A stretch of 39,078 bases of DNA, from IMG/VR virus record IMGVR_UViG_3300015050_000895, positions 1-39,078 of that record; one strand, written 5' to 3'. Of the stretch, positions 23,879-33,863 are shown piece after piece (the first letter of the stretch is position 1; each line of letters starts with the position of its first letter). Origin of the DNA: a virus. Taxonomy: Duplodnaviria > Caudoviricetes. The position numbers were made by a program, and so were the translations under genes. Under the pieces are notes generated by a model. It searched no databases and was not told where the DNA came from. It worked only from the letters and a program-made list of their open reading frames with translations.

Positions 23879-25485
23879 CGATTTGCCAACGCGTTAGCGC
23901 CGGACAATCCACCAGCGATACCCAGCGGCATCATCAAGTCCTCATTACTCATGAGGCGCACCAACTGATTCACTTCTTGAGGCTTGCCGGCATTCGCCAG
24001 CATGTTGCGCTGCATGGGGCCGGACAGTAGCGCAGCGCGAGCTGCGGGACGCGCACCCAGTGATGCGGCACCCATGACGGGGCCGTTCATGGCGGCCCAT
24101 GCAACATCGAGAGGGCTGAGGGTTTTCGGCGCCTCTTTCAGCATTTGCGTTGCCTTCGGGAACGCTTGGTTAGCTTGGGCGATAGTTTCCAACCCGCCGG
24201 AAAGCGGCTTGCCTTTTTCTGCCAGTGTTGCCAACACCTTTGCCGAAACGTCGCCAGTCGCGCCATTCAGAGCCTTGCGCACCGTGTAGGTCTGGGCAAT
24301 GGTCTTGCGGGCATCCTGAAAGGCCTTGAGGGCATCAGGCATGCCGGACGCCGTAAGGTGGCGCTCAAGCATGCCCTCGATCACATCCGCGGCTTCCTTG
24401 ATGGCCTTGCCCTCGCCCTTGTCGCCCTTGGCAAAAGCGGCATCAGCCTCGGCGCGCAGGATCTTGGTCATTTCGACGGCGCCATCGGCGCTGAAAGATG
24501 GCCGCTTCAATGCGGTCACAAGGTCTGGAATCTCGCTCTTTACGGCTCCGGGGAAGTCTCGGGAGGCGGTAGTGAATTGCGAAGCGATGTCATCCAGCGC
24601 CTTCACATAGGTCTTGTCGGCAGCGACAGTGCCGCTGCCCTTGACCACGTCGTAAGCCTTGCCAGCTTCGGCCCGGATGGCGGCGAGTGCTTTACCGGAA
24701 AGCGGTGCGTCCTCGGCAATCCCTAGTGCGCGCTTGGCTAGGTTGTTCGTGACGGCCTGGTTGCGCTCGCTGGCAACCTGGGCGGTCTTAATCTTTCCGC
24801 CCGCGCCAGAAAGTATCTTGGTGGCCATGCCGCCGCCCAAGTCCTCGGGAGGGATGACATACCCGGCCCTGACCGCCTCTTTGCCGGCGAGCGCTTTCTG
24901 TGAGCCCTGCATGGCCTTGGTAAGGTTGTTGGCCTCTTGGAATGCGGCAGTGCCTGCGGCCTTATTTGCAAGCCACTGCCCACCAGCACCACCAGCAGCG
25001 CCCATGCCAGTATTGAGGAATGCCTCGCCCGTGCTGGCGGACGGCTGCAACGCACCAACAATGCCGCCGACGATAGCCGCGCCGGGAACGGTAGCGGCGC
25101 CGGGAAGGAGGGCGGCCGGGGCCAGCAACGCAACGTTACCGCCGATGTTTCCGGCCTTAGCGGCGCCGGTTTTCATCAAAGGCGCATCAAGCCGGCGCGT
25201 TTCCTTCACATCTTCGTTTGACACAAGGCCCATTCGCTGGCCGACGCCCTGTCCAATGTCGTTGAACGCCTTCCCGGCCCCGGCATTGAACTTCTCCAAA
25301 AAGCTCATGTCCTTGGTGAAGTTTTTCGCGCCAGTGCTGATCGCGTCGTTCTCAATCGTCTTGGCAATCGTGTTGCCGCCGATCTGGCTTTGCAGGATCT
25401 GAAACGCCTGCTCCTTGGTGGCGCCATCAGGCCCATCAACGCTGTACTTCTTTCCCTCGGGAGAGGTGAATTCAAAGGTGGGCAT
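23875..25485 (-). CDS. DNA ejection/injection protein (P22 gp16-like position)
   Basis: MPTFEFTSPEGKKYSVDGPDGATKEQA start; Ala/Gly-rich helical; third of three ejection genes. Confidence 0.7.
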   Translation of the reverse strand: MPTFEFTSPEGKKYSVDGPDGATKEQAFQILQSQIGGNTIAKTIENDAISTGAKNFTKDMSFLEKFNAGAGKAFNDIGQGVGQRMGLVSNEDVKETRRLDAPLMKTGAAKAGNIGGNVALLAPAALLPGAATVPGAAIVGGIVGALQPSASTGEAFLNTGMGAAGGAGGQWLANKAAGTAAFQEANNLTKAMQGSQKALAGKEAVRAGYVIPPEDLGGGMATKILSGAGGKIKTAQVASERNQAVTNNLAKRALGIAEDAPLSGKALAAIRAEAGKAYDVVKGSGTVAADKTYVKALDDIASQFTTASRDFPGAVKSEIPDLVTALKRPSFSADGAVEMTKILRAEADAAFAKGDKGEGKAIKEAADVIEGMLERHLTASGMPDALKAFQDARKTIAQTYTVRKALNGATGDVSAKVLATLAEKGKPLSGGLETIAQANQAFPKATQMLKEAPKTLSPLDVAWAAMNGPVMGAASLGARPAARAALLSGPMQRNMLANAGKPQEVNQLVRLMSNEDLMMPLGIAGGLSGANALANR

Positions 25486-26694
25486 TTAGTTGACCTTTAC
25501 GGACCAGCCCTTGGGCAAAGCGGAGGGGGCTTGTGCTGGCGCAGCTGCCGGCGTGTTTTGGCCCAGGTCTTGCACGATCATCTCGGGGCGCAAGCCGTAG
25601 GTTTTGGCCTGTTGCTTATAGCTTTCGTCGATTTGCTTTTGGCCGGCCTGGGCCGCACCATAAATCTGAGCCGTGATGTTCTTGAAGTCTTTGGCCTGCG
25701 ATTCGGTCAGCACCTGGCCGCGTTGCAGGGTGTTGAAGTAATTCGATGCGCGATCAAACACACCGGTAGCAGCAAGGGCCATGCCAAGCTCAGACTCGCG
25801 CACCACAGAGCCAGGGTCCAGCAGCTTCATGAACTTGGTAGCAGCGGCCAGCGTTGCGGCCGGTGACGTGGTGGCCTTGTCCAGCGTGGCGCTGATCTGC
25901 TTGTAGGCATCGCCTACGGCCTTGAAATCCTTGGACTGGGCGCGGTAGTCATCGGCGATCTTCATTTCCGTATCGCGGTCGCGCTGCATTCCGGCTGCGG
26001 CGCGGGTGGCGTCTGCGGTGGCTCGAACAGCTGCGGCATTGGCATAAGACGCGCCCACAGTGCGCTTATTGTTCTCGGTCGAAGTGTTGGCCGACAGCAC
26101 CGCATTAGCATCCGGCGTCGTGTACTTCACCAGCTCCTGAGCATTCAAGGATGCTTGCTGTTTCCACTTCGCAAAGGCCTCGGGCGTGGTAACCCCCTGG
26201 TCAAAGCGCTGCAATGCAACTTCAAGCGGCCCCATCTTCTCGAAAATGGCCTTTGTGTCCGGGTTTTGATATGCAGCCGTGATCCACTGCTTGGCGGAAT
26301 TGGGGTCGTTGATCGTGTTCAGCATGTCACGATGCTGGGTCAGCGCGAGGTTTGCAGCCTCAAGCGCGGTCTTTTTGGACGTGGCAGTGTCCTTGTCGAT
26401 TTCGGCGCGCTGCTTGGCGGCATCCTGCTGGGCTTTGGTGTAGGCCATCGATTGACGGCCATACCCGGCGCCGGCAAGGCCTGCGGCTACGTCTTGCGGA
26501 GTTTTGCCAGCGGCAAGCAGCTTGGCGAGTTCGTTGTCACCGGCAGATTCACGCTGCTTCTCGCTAAACATCAGCTCAGCCAGGCGGTTTTGATTCTGGC
26601 CGGATTGGAGCTGTTGCATTTGGGCATACTGCTCAAGCGGATTGGTCTGCTTCGGGGTCTGGATAGCCCCATAGATTCCTGCGTCGATTGGCAT
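25486..26694 (-). CDS. DNA ejection/injection protein (gp20-like position)
   Basis: MPIDAGI start; Gln/Ala-rich; KLLDPGSVVRESE motif. Confidence 0.7.
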   Translation of the reverse strand: MPIDAGIYGAIQTPKQTNPLEQYAQMQQLQSGQNQNRLAELMFSEKQRESAGDNELAKLLAAGKTPQDVAAGLAGAGYGRQSMAYTKAQQDAAKQRAEIDKDTATSKKTALEAANLALTQHRDMLNTINDPNSAKQWITAAYQNPDTKAIFEKMGPLEVALQRFDQGVTTPEAFAKWKQQASLNAQELVKYTTPDANAVLSANTSTENNKRTVGASYANAAAVRATADATRAAAGMQRDRDTEMKIADDYRAQSKDFKAVGDAYKQISATLDKATTSPAATLAAATKFMKLLDPGSVVRESELGMALAATGVFDRASNYFNTLQRGQVLTESQAKDFKNITAQIYGAAQAGQKQIDESYKQQAKTYGLRPEMIVQDLGQNTPAAAPAQAPSALPKGWSVKVN

Positions 26695-26696
26695 GA

Positions 26697-27653
26697 TTAG
26701 AGCCCTATAGAAGCGTAGTAGCCGGGATAGGGCTCGGAAGAACCGTAACCGGTGGCTCGAACTGTTCCACTTGACCCGCGGCCACCCAAGGCGTCAATCA
26801 GCTTGTTGCCCTGCACGTTATTGACGGCGCCGCTAATGCCGCCAGCCAGCGCATTGCCCTGCGCGATATCGGAAGCGCCCCGCGCATTGCCGAGTCCAAC
26901 CTGATTTGACGCTACGCCGCTTGCCGTGGCCTGCCCAGCTTGAGACACGGTCCCGGCTGCTTGCTGACCAGTGTTTGAGGTGCCCGACAGCATGCCGTAC
27001 TGCTGGTTTTGGCGCCCGGTGAAACGGTCATAAGCCCCCGCCGTCTTGGTGGTGGCGTAGTCGTTGCCGAAGCGGGTCAAGGCTTTCAGGGTCGCGCCGG
27101 ACAGCTGGCTACCGGATGCCGCGGCCTGGTTGTTGATACCCTTCGTACCCTCATCCAGGCCCCATTGAAGGCCGTTTTGGTAGGGCAGGTCTTTGGCAAG
27201 GTCCGTAGCATCGAATTGCTTGGTAAGAAACGCGGCATTGGGGTCAACCTGAGCGCCCCAGCCGGCGCGGACCTGCTCGCGAGCTGCGGCGAGGTCTTGG
27301 GCTGTTGGGGTACGGCCGCCAGCATTGAGCATTGCCAGCCGGTTGATTTCGGCTTCTGCCTGCGGGTTGTTGAAGGTTTCCACCAGCCCCAAGCCCTGGG
27401 CGAGTTTGTTGTTCGCCAGCATGCCCGTAGTGGTGTACGGCTGCATGTCCTGGCGCGTCTGGGCGTAATTCTCCCGGAGTGTGGCGTTGCCCTGCTCTGC
27501 GCCGGCTGCTTGAGAGCCGTAAGCCGTCTCGGCAGAATCGCCCTGCATCAATCCGCTAACCAGCGAAGGAGCCACGGCACTGACGATGGAAGACACTCCC
27601 GCGCCTGCGCCAAGGGCGGATGCAATACCGCCTGCTGCAAGTCCAATAGACAT
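26697..27653 (-). CDS. DNA ejection/transfer protein (gp7-like)
   Basis: Gly/Ala-rich N-terminus; PY...AAASGSQLSGATLKALTRFGNDYA. Confidence 0.8.
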   Translation of the reverse strand: MSIGLAAGGIASALGAGAGVSSIVSAVAPSLVSGLMQGDSAETAYGSQAAGAEQGNATLRENYAQTRQDMQPYTTTGMLANNKLAQGLGLVETFNNPQAEAEINRLAMLNAGGRTPTAQDLAAAREQVRAGWGAQVDPNAAFLTKQFDATDLAKDLPYQNGLQWGLDEGTKGINNQAAASGSQLSGATLKALTRFGNDYATTKTAGAYDRFTGRQNQQYGMLSGTSNTGQQAAGTVSQAGQATASGVASNQVGLGNARGASDIAQGNALAGGISGAVNNVQGNKLIDALGGRGSSGTVRATGYGSSEPYPGYYASIGL

Positions 27654-27655
27654 AA

Positions 27656-28120
27656 TCAGGCCTCCAATTCTGCGGCTCGGTTCGCGGCCAGCTGTGTGTT
27701 TGTCGAACCCCCGATCAGGTCGGAGGCCTTGGACTCGCTGAGTCGTTCGATCAGCAAGTCGGTGTTTTTCTCGTTGTCGGGGTTCGGCCAGAAGTTGGTC
27801 CAGACCGACTCTTCAAGCGCCGTGGCGCTGTTCTTGTCGCCCGGCATCACGGTCAAGGTGTGCGGGGCGGAAATCTCTACCGGGCCGGCTGGCGTGGCGA
27901 GAACGATCCGGCCTTTTGACAGCACGGCGAGGTTTTCCGTCTTGTGCACGGCGCCGATCAGCACAACCCCTGCGGGTATCGTGATTTCCCTTGCGAACAG
28001 GCCAGGCGCGAAGAAATGCCGCACGGGGCAATCGACTTGGGGAAGCGTGTTCACATGCGCGTGCAGGCGGTCTACCTTGGCTCGGTGAAAGCCGAATTCC
28101 TTGCCGTAGTTGACTATCAT
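27656..28120 (-). CDS. Cupin-fold virion-region protein
   Basis: CPVRHFFAPGLFAREITIPAGVVLIGAVHK; start ATG 28120 overlaps the upstream stop. Confidence 0.8.
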   Translation of the reverse strand: MIVNYGKEFGFHRAKVDRLHAHVNTLPQVDCPVRHFFAPGLFAREITIPAGVVLIGAVHKTENLAVLSKGRIVLATPAGPVEISAPHTLTVMPGDKNSATALEESVWTNFWPNPDNEKNTDLLIERLSESKASDLIGGSTNTQLAANRAAELEA

Positions 28121-28806
28121 CAGCCGGTCAAAATGCTTGAGCGAAGAAGTCCCGGCAGTTCTTCGGGCGTGCCTAGCGGCTTGATTCGCAGGTTGTTGCG
28201 TTTTACGATCTTCCAGGAAGATGTTGCGATGGCGGCAATTTCCGGGATTGGCGGGGCACCCCACATGGAGGCCATCATCACGGCCAAGCTGGTGCGAATA
28301 GGTAGCACGTATTCGGGCGGAAGCGTCAGCTCTGCGGCCTCGCTTGCCAGCGCAGGAAACGGGGTTTGCGTCTTGAAGTAGACGGTTCCGGTCGATGGCT
28401 GGGGATACAGGTAAAGCGTTCCAAGCGAATAGCTCGGGTTGTAAAACAGGTACTGCGGATCTCCAGGCTGTGTTTTCTGCGAAATCGCGTCATACTTGGC
28501 CGGGTCTTGCAGCACTTCGATAGGTGAATCCAGCCCACCTGACCGCCAAAATGCGGACTCGATGCGCGGAGGCCGCGTAATAGGTATGGTTCCGGCCGCC
28601 CCCACTGTGTATGACAATGCGCCCGTGGGGTTAAAAGAGTTTTCCGTCAGCGCATAGACGTAAACGTTATCGACCTGCCACAGCGCGAGCATCTGCTTTA
28701 GAGTCTCATAGCCATCGCTCGTAGACTCCGGAGAGGCGGCATTGCCCTCGCTTCTGATTCCAGCGTCTTTCAACGCCCAGGCGAGAACTTCGGCTACGGT
28801 GCTCAT
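28120..28806 (-). CDS. Head-to-tail adaptor (P22 gp4-like)
   Basis: ALKDAGI...LKQMLALW...LYLYPQPS...LPPEY; position after the head genes. Confidence 0.75.
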   Translation of the reverse strand: MSTVAEVLAWALKDAGIRSEGNAASPESTSDGYETLKQMLALWQVDNVYVYALTENSFNPTGALSYTVGAAGTIPITRPPRIESAFWRSGGLDSPIEVLQDPAKYDAISQKTQPGDPQYLFYNPSYSLGTLYLYPQPSTGTVYFKTQTPFPALASEAAELTLPPEYVLPIRTSLAVMMASMWGAPPIPEIAAIATSSWKIVKRNNLRIKPLGTPEELPGLLRSSILTG

Positions 28807-29024
28807 GCTTTAGGCTTGCGCCCCGGCTTTTTGCGTTCGACTGGCGCGTCTTCTTGCGGCTCGGCAACCTCTTCGGCCTGTTCGGGCGCATCAACACTTC
28901 CGGGCTTGGACGCAAGCCATTTCTCCGGAGTGCTTTCTACCCATCCGTTTTTCTTGGCTTCCGTGGCCTCGACGGGCGAATAAACGTTCATCGCGCCATG
29001 CTTGGGGTGCGTCATAAAAATCAT
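28803..29024 (-). CDS. Small head-region protein
   Basis: MTHPKHG...GWVE...RKKPGRKPK; GGAG SD. Confidence 0.75.
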   Translation of the reverse strand: MIFMTHPKHGAMNVYSPVEATEAKKNGWVESTPEKWLASKPGSVDAPEQAEEVAEPQEDAPVERKKPGRKPKA

Positions 29025-29072
29025 CGGGATCTCCAGAAGAAAGGCCGCCCCATCAAGAGGCGGGCCGGTTGC

Positions 29073-29567
29073 TTAGGACGTAGCGGCAGGCGTCGCGATG
29101 GTGCCGGAGCCGACCATTGCGCCTTCAATGAACCACTGGGTAGACGACAAAGCACGAACGGTGATGATCGAGCCGATCAAGCCGCCAGTGGTCGTGCCGT
29201 TCGATGTGCATGCAACGTGAGTCGTGCCGTTGAAGGCAAAACCCGCGCCGCTGGCCGTCGCCGTGGTGTACATGAACACCTCACCCAACAAGAACGTGGT
29301 AGCCGCGTCCGTGATGATCTTGTGCGAGATGCTCGTGCAAGACACAGTGGTGATGAACTTGAACTCCATCCCAATCACGGGGGCTGGCAGGGTGTAGACC
29401 ACGCCTGCAGCTGCGTCGAAGTGGCACAGGGCGCCGGATTCCTTGGCGAGGAGCGTGCGGGTTGCTACGGCATCGCCAATGTGAACGTTTGCCTTGGCGC
29501 GGTGTTGCGCAAGGTTGGGCCCGTTGTAACTGACTTGCTCGTAGTTTTGAGCGGTAGTAGAAGCCAT
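29073..29567 (-). CDS. Putative capsid decoration protein
   Basis: Directly after the coat gene; TLLAKESGA...YTLPAPVIGMEFKF beta-rich; AAGGA SD then ATG 29567. Confidence 0.7.
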   Translation of the reverse strand: MASTTAQNYEQVSYNGPNLAQHRAKANVHIGDAVATRTLLAKESGALCHFDAAAGVVYTLPAPVIGMEFKFITTVSCTSISHKIITDAATTFLLGEVFMYTTATASGAGFAFNGTTHVACTSNGTTTGGLIGSIITVRALSSTQWFIEGAMVGSGTIATPAATS

Positions 29568-29608
29568 GATGATTCCTTTAAAGAAGTAAGGGGCCGAAGC
29601 CCCGTTTG

Positions 29609-30823
29609 TTAGCTGGTGATGCGGCAGGCCCACTCAGGGCGCAGGGCTGCGAAGCCGTACAGAATGTCGATACGCATGAGCAGCTCGTCATTGCGAATGT
29701 CGGAGTCCTGCCACACGCGCAGCGACAGGCCATCCTGGACGCGGCGCACGCACTTCTCGGAAGAAGCCATCAGCGGGAGGTCGGCCGTCACGAACTGGAA
29801 GGCCTCTTTGTGGTACATCAGGTTCTGCACGTAGGACGTAGAGGCGGCGCCGACGAACACCGGGACAATGCTGGTGCCGTCGAAACTTGCCGTAGTCAGC
29901 TTCGCACCAGCTGCCGAGCACACGTTTTGGCGTGGGCCGGTCAGGTAGATGGCCGGAGACACGGTTTGAATCGTGGTCGTGCCGTTGGTGATGGTGAACT
30001 GCTGCAGGCTTGGATAGGCCGCCTTCGTCTCAGGATGGCAGGCGTAGATGCCGGGGATGGTGAACACCGCGCCGACTGCGGGAGCAGCGGCCAGCGAAGC
30101 CATCGTCATCACATTGCCGCCATCGACAACAGCAGCAGCCGCGGCCATGGTGCAGGTCACGTCGCTGCCGTTGGTCAGGGTCCACATGCGGTCGTTCTCG
30201 TACCAGTCGGCCATTGCCGTGCGGCCCATCATGCCTTCGCGGTACTGGTCCTTGATCTGCGTGCTGTCCTGGAACAGGCCTTTCAGACCATTGACCATGC
30301 CGCCCATCGTGACCGAGTCACACTGGATAAAGCGGTTGCCGTCTTTCGGGGCAAGGTACTGATTGAGCTTGGCGCGAGCTGCGCCCACGGCAACCAGGTC
30401 AACAGGCGGGGTGCCTGCCGTGCCGGCTACGTTGTATGTCGCCTTGGTCATCGCGGCGATGTAGTCCGACTCGATGCCGGAGATCAGAACGGACATTGCC
30501 GGCTCGATGTAGCGCTTGCTGATCTCATCGATAGACAGGGCCAACTCGGCAGAGTTGAACCGCATATCGACGTGATCCTGCGTTGCGACAGTGATCGTGC
30601 CGGTTTGTTCGCCCTGGTCCTGCACGTCCATGACGCGGGAGCCAGTCGTGCGCGAATACTGGTTCGGCTTGCGCACGCGCAGAGTCGAGCCAATCTTTGC
30701 GCCAGTTTTGGCGAATGAATCGTCGTACTGTCGGTCGGTAGTGCCAATAAATTGGCTCTTTTCGTGTGCGATGCGCAGGGCTTCGCGAGTCACCATGTCG
30801 ATGGTGACGAGACTGTTTGCCAT
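29609..30823 (-). CDS. Major capsid protein (P22 gp5-like)
   Basis: MANSLVTIDMVTREAL...KIGSTLRVRKP...RIDILYGFAALRPEWACRI. Confidence 0.95.
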   Translation of the reverse strand: MANSLVTIDMVTREALRIAHEKSQFIGTTDRQYDDSFAKTGAKIGSTLRVRKPNQYSRTTGSRVMDVQDQGEQTGTITVATQDHVDMRFNSAELALSIDEISKRYIEPAMSVLISGIESDYIAAMTKATYNVAGTAGTPPVDLVAVGAARAKLNQYLAPKDGNRFIQCDSVTMGGMVNGLKGLFQDSTQIKDQYREGMMGRTAMADWYENDRMWTLTNGSDVTCTMAAAAAVVDGGNVMTMASLAAAPAVGAVFTIPGIYACHPETKAAYPSLQQFTITNGTTTIQTVSPAIYLTGPRQNVCSAAGAKLTTASFDGTSIVPVFVGAASTSYVQNLMYHKEAFQFVTADLPLMASSEKCVRRVQDGLSLRVWQDSDIRNDELLMRIDILYGFAALRPEWACRITS

Positions 30824-30832
30824 GATATTTCC

Positions 30833-31573
30833 TTAAGAACGTTGAGCGATTTGCGATTTGCGCCACTTGGCAAACTCGGCATCGGTCATTTCGGACGGCG
30901 ACTTGGCGCCGCCCTTCGTGCCGTTAACGAGCGTCAAAGGCGCAGGTGCGTTGGAGGTCGGCTTGGCCTGCGTCTGGCCCAGCTTTATTTCGAGCCGGGT
31001 AAGTTCGCGGGCCATTTGCAGAGGCGGAAGGCTTGCAATCCGCGCCGCTTCGTCGAGGTCCGTTCCAAGGTGGTGGAGGAGCTTTGCCCCAGCATCAGCA
31101 GTCGCCGTCAGTTCGAGAAATTCCCGACTAACACCGACCAACTGAAGATTTGCGACCGCCTTGTCGAAGTCCGGAAACTCCGATTTGCCGGTTGCGTAGA
31201 CCTTGTTACATGCATCGTTGAATGAGCGCTCGGCCACGATCCGTTCGGCTTCCCGCTGGACAAGCGTTTGCACGTCGCCCCGGGGTTGCTCTGTGGTGTC
31301 GCCTTGCTGCTGCCTTGCGAGCTGTTCGCGGAGCTGTGCCAATTCCTCGGCACGCGTCTCCGCCTCTCGCCTTGCCTCATACTTCTCGCGGGTCAACTCA
31401 CCAATGCGCTTTTGAAACCATGGCTCCTTTTTGGGGGCCTCGGGATCGGTCGGCTCTGGCGTGTTTTCCTGCGTTTGCGCGGTGGTCGATTCCGGCGTTG
31501 TGTTTTCGACCTGTTGCACCTGTTCCGCAGGGTCCTGCGCAGCCGGGGTCGCTGTAATCGTCTCTTCGTTCAT
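30833..31573 (-). CDS. Scaffolding protein
   Basis: Acidic N-terminus, QKRIGELTREK coiled coil, APAPL...MTDAEFAKWR C-terminus; between portal and coat. Confidence 0.85.
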   Translation of the reverse strand: MNEETITATPAAQDPAEQVQQVENTTPESTTAQTQENTPEPTDPEAPKKEPWFQKRIGELTREKYEARREAETRAEELAQLREQLARQQQGDTTEQPRGDVQTLVQREAERIVAERSFNDACNKVYATGKSEFPDFDKAVANLQLVGVSREFLELTATADAGAKLLHHLGTDLDEAARIASLPPLQMARELTRLEIKLGQTQAKPTSNAPAPLTLVNGTKGGAKSPSEMTDAEFAKWRKSQIAQRS

Positions 31574-31622
31574 GGATTACCCAAGGGATTGAGCCTCGCC
31601 AAACCGGACGAGTGCGGACATG

Positions 31623-31653
31623 AAAAAAGCCGCCTGAGTTAACAGGCGGCTTT
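31623..31653 (-). terminator. Intrinsic terminator between portal and scaffold
   Basis: GCCGCCTG-TTAACT-CAGGCGGC followed by T6 on the minus strand. Confidence 0.75.
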
Positions 31654-31670
31654 CGTGGTGTTGGTTGGCC

Positions 31671-33848
31671 TTACGATTCGACCTGCTCGGGTTGCTCGGT
31701 CTGTCCAGGCGTAAAAAAAGCACCCTCGGGTGCTTGTGGTGTTTCTAACTGTTCGGGCGTTCCGGCGTCTTCCGGGCGGCCCATGGTTTCAGCGGGCGGT
31801 CTGCCAGGATCTGGCTGTTCCATCGCCTCGCGCTTGGTTTCATCGGCCAGCGCCTGGACTTCTACCGGATTCAGCAATGGGCCAAGGACTTGCAGCCGCT
31901 TGGTGATCGCCTCATAGGCCCTGGTGTTGGCCTCGATGCGGGCAATCTCAGTTTCTTCGTGCCTGCTGTTCTTCTCGGCTTCGAGCTTTTCAACCTCAGC
32001 CGCGGCGTTGTTCAGTGCGCCCTCAAGCTGCTGGCTGTGTTGCGTGAGTTGCGCGATCTCGGCCTGGGCCTTGGGCGGTACTTCCTCTTCGCCGTCCTTC
32101 TTGTCTTGCAAGTTGGGTGGCAAGGTCTTCTCTAGGCGCTCTGCAATCTGCTCGGCCATCGGGAAGTCGGCGGCCTTCATAATCAGATCGCCGGCAACCG
32201 TCATCAACTGAGGATTGCGGCTCGAAATCTCGGTCAGCGCCTGGAAGGCCTCTTGACGCTTCGTGCCGTAGCTCGGGCCGACCGCGACAATCACGTCATA
32301 GCGGCCGACGCCTGGGTTATAGATTTCCTTGATCCCGCTCTGGTCTTCCTGTTGCTTGATCGCCTCTTTCTGCTGCGGGTCGATATGGACTTTGTCCTCT
32401 TTGCCATCCTCGCCCAGTATCCGAACAACGCGGGCGGTGTCGTAGATCTTGGGGATCAGGTCAACCAAAATCCGCCCGGTAAAGCGAATGGATCGGGCAA
32501 CGTTGTCAATGAAGTGGAACGTGGCGTTATCGCCCTCGCGCTGCCTTGCCATGATGGCCCGGCCCGACGTTTCGTTCGACTTGGCGCCCAAAGAAGCGTC
32601 ATACTGGCCGCTCGCCATCTTCATTTCTTCGGAGGCTACGCGCATGCCCTCCATGTACATCGGCGCTGTTACTGGCGGCTGTTGGCGCTGCGGCGGGGGG
32701 ATTACGTTACCATGTTCATCCAGCGAGTTGTAAGGCACGTATGGGTCGGTGCTGGAGTTGAGGTTGTCCCACTGCTGCTCATAGCCCTCGATAGCCTCCC
32801 GAGGCGCCAGGTAGGGCTGCTTTCCCTGCAGCACGCCGTACTCAACAGCAGCCGTTGACCAAAAGTTGTACATCCGCTGGGCGTCTTTCATCGCCCGCGT
32901 ATGGCCCTTGCGGTCTACCTTTCCATCAATCTCCACCTCATCGCCGACGACGCGCACGATGGGGATGTACTTGCCCGGCCAATCGCGACGGTCCAGGATT
33001 TGATCTCCTGCAATCAGATACCACTTGCACTTGCGCGAGACAATCTTGCGACTTTTGATGCCTGGGTCTGCCTTCAGCGCGGCCAACATGTCCTTGTCGG
33101 TAATGTCAGACGCCTTTATGGTCTGACCATCAGGACCGGCGAACAGCGTGTCGTTTTCCTCAACAATCTTGAAATACTCGCTGACGCGAATCGTATCCTT
33201 GCTCAGCCAGCTCGTGCCCTCGTCAGTGGGCCAGCCGATGGCCTCGCAGTCCGGGTATTTGTTCTCAAACTCCTTCTTTGGCAGGTCTTCGAAGACAAAG
33301 CCAACCTTTGCGTCAGACCCGTCAGCCTCAACGTGCCGGCCAAGGTAGACATTCAGCGGGTTTGCCACCGCCTTGATGTAGATTTCCTGGTCGAACGTGT
33401 CATCAGCCGCATAGTCGGTCGTCACGCGCCAGTAGCCCAAACCAGCATCAACGGCGAACTCACCGGCTGTGTCATAGGCCGTGTCCGCGTTGGAATTGGC
33501 CTCAATGTGGCGGATCACGCCATTCAGCACTTCGGCGGTCTTCTTGTCGGCCCCGTCATCAACTGGATAAACGCGAATGCTCGGCTTGTTCTGCCGGGCG
33601 TCGTTGGTGATCTGGCGGTTGTGCTGCTTGACCTTGTTGATCGTGAGGCAAGGGCGCTTGTCCAACTCGCGCTGCTTGCGCATGTTGTCTTCCCACTGGT
33701 AACCGTTGTCCGGGTCGCCATTGGCAAAGCGCAAATCCTCTTTCCATAGCGGGCGCGTCAGCGACTCGCGGTCCTCGCACAGGGCGAACTCTTCGTGAGC
33801 CTCCCTGACGAGAAGCTCGTCTGCTGATGTTTTTTGAGGTTTTGCCAT
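31671..33848 (-). CDS. Portal protein (P22 gp1-like)
   Basis: 725 aa; QW...RPCLTINK, KDAQRMYNFW, NETSGRAIMARQREG, GRYDV...GPSYGTKRQEA. Confidence 0.95.
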   Translation of the reverse strand: MAKPQKTSADELLVREAHEEFALCEDRESLTRPLWKEDLRFANGDPDNGYQWEDNMRKQRELDKRPCLTINKVKQHNRQITNDARQNKPSIRVYPVDDGADKKTAEVLNGVIRHIEANSNADTAYDTAGEFAVDAGLGYWRVTTDYAADDTFDQEIYIKAVANPLNVYLGRHVEADGSDAKVGFVFEDLPKKEFENKYPDCEAIGWPTDEGTSWLSKDTIRVSEYFKIVEENDTLFAGPDGQTIKASDITDKDMLAALKADPGIKSRKIVSRKCKWYLIAGDQILDRRDWPGKYIPIVRVVGDEVEIDGKVDRKGHTRAMKDAQRMYNFWSTAAVEYGVLQGKQPYLAPREAIEGYEQQWDNLNSSTDPYVPYNSLDEHGNVIPPPQRQQPPVTAPMYMEGMRVASEEMKMASGQYDASLGAKSNETSGRAIMARQREGDNATFHFIDNVARSIRFTGRILVDLIPKIYDTARVVRILGEDGKEDKVHIDPQQKEAIKQQEDQSGIKEIYNPGVGRYDVIVAVGPSYGTKRQEAFQALTEISSRNPQLMTVAGDLIMKAADFPMAEQIAERLEKTLPPNLQDKKDGEEEVPPKAQAEIAQLTQHSQQLEGALNNAAAEVEKLEAEKNSRHEETEIARIEANTRAYEAITKRLQVLGPLLNPVEVQALADETKREAMEQPDPGRPPAETMGRPEDAGTPEQLETPQAPEGAFFTPGQTEQPEQVES

Positions 33849-33863
33849 TTGTTCGTTGTTTGG

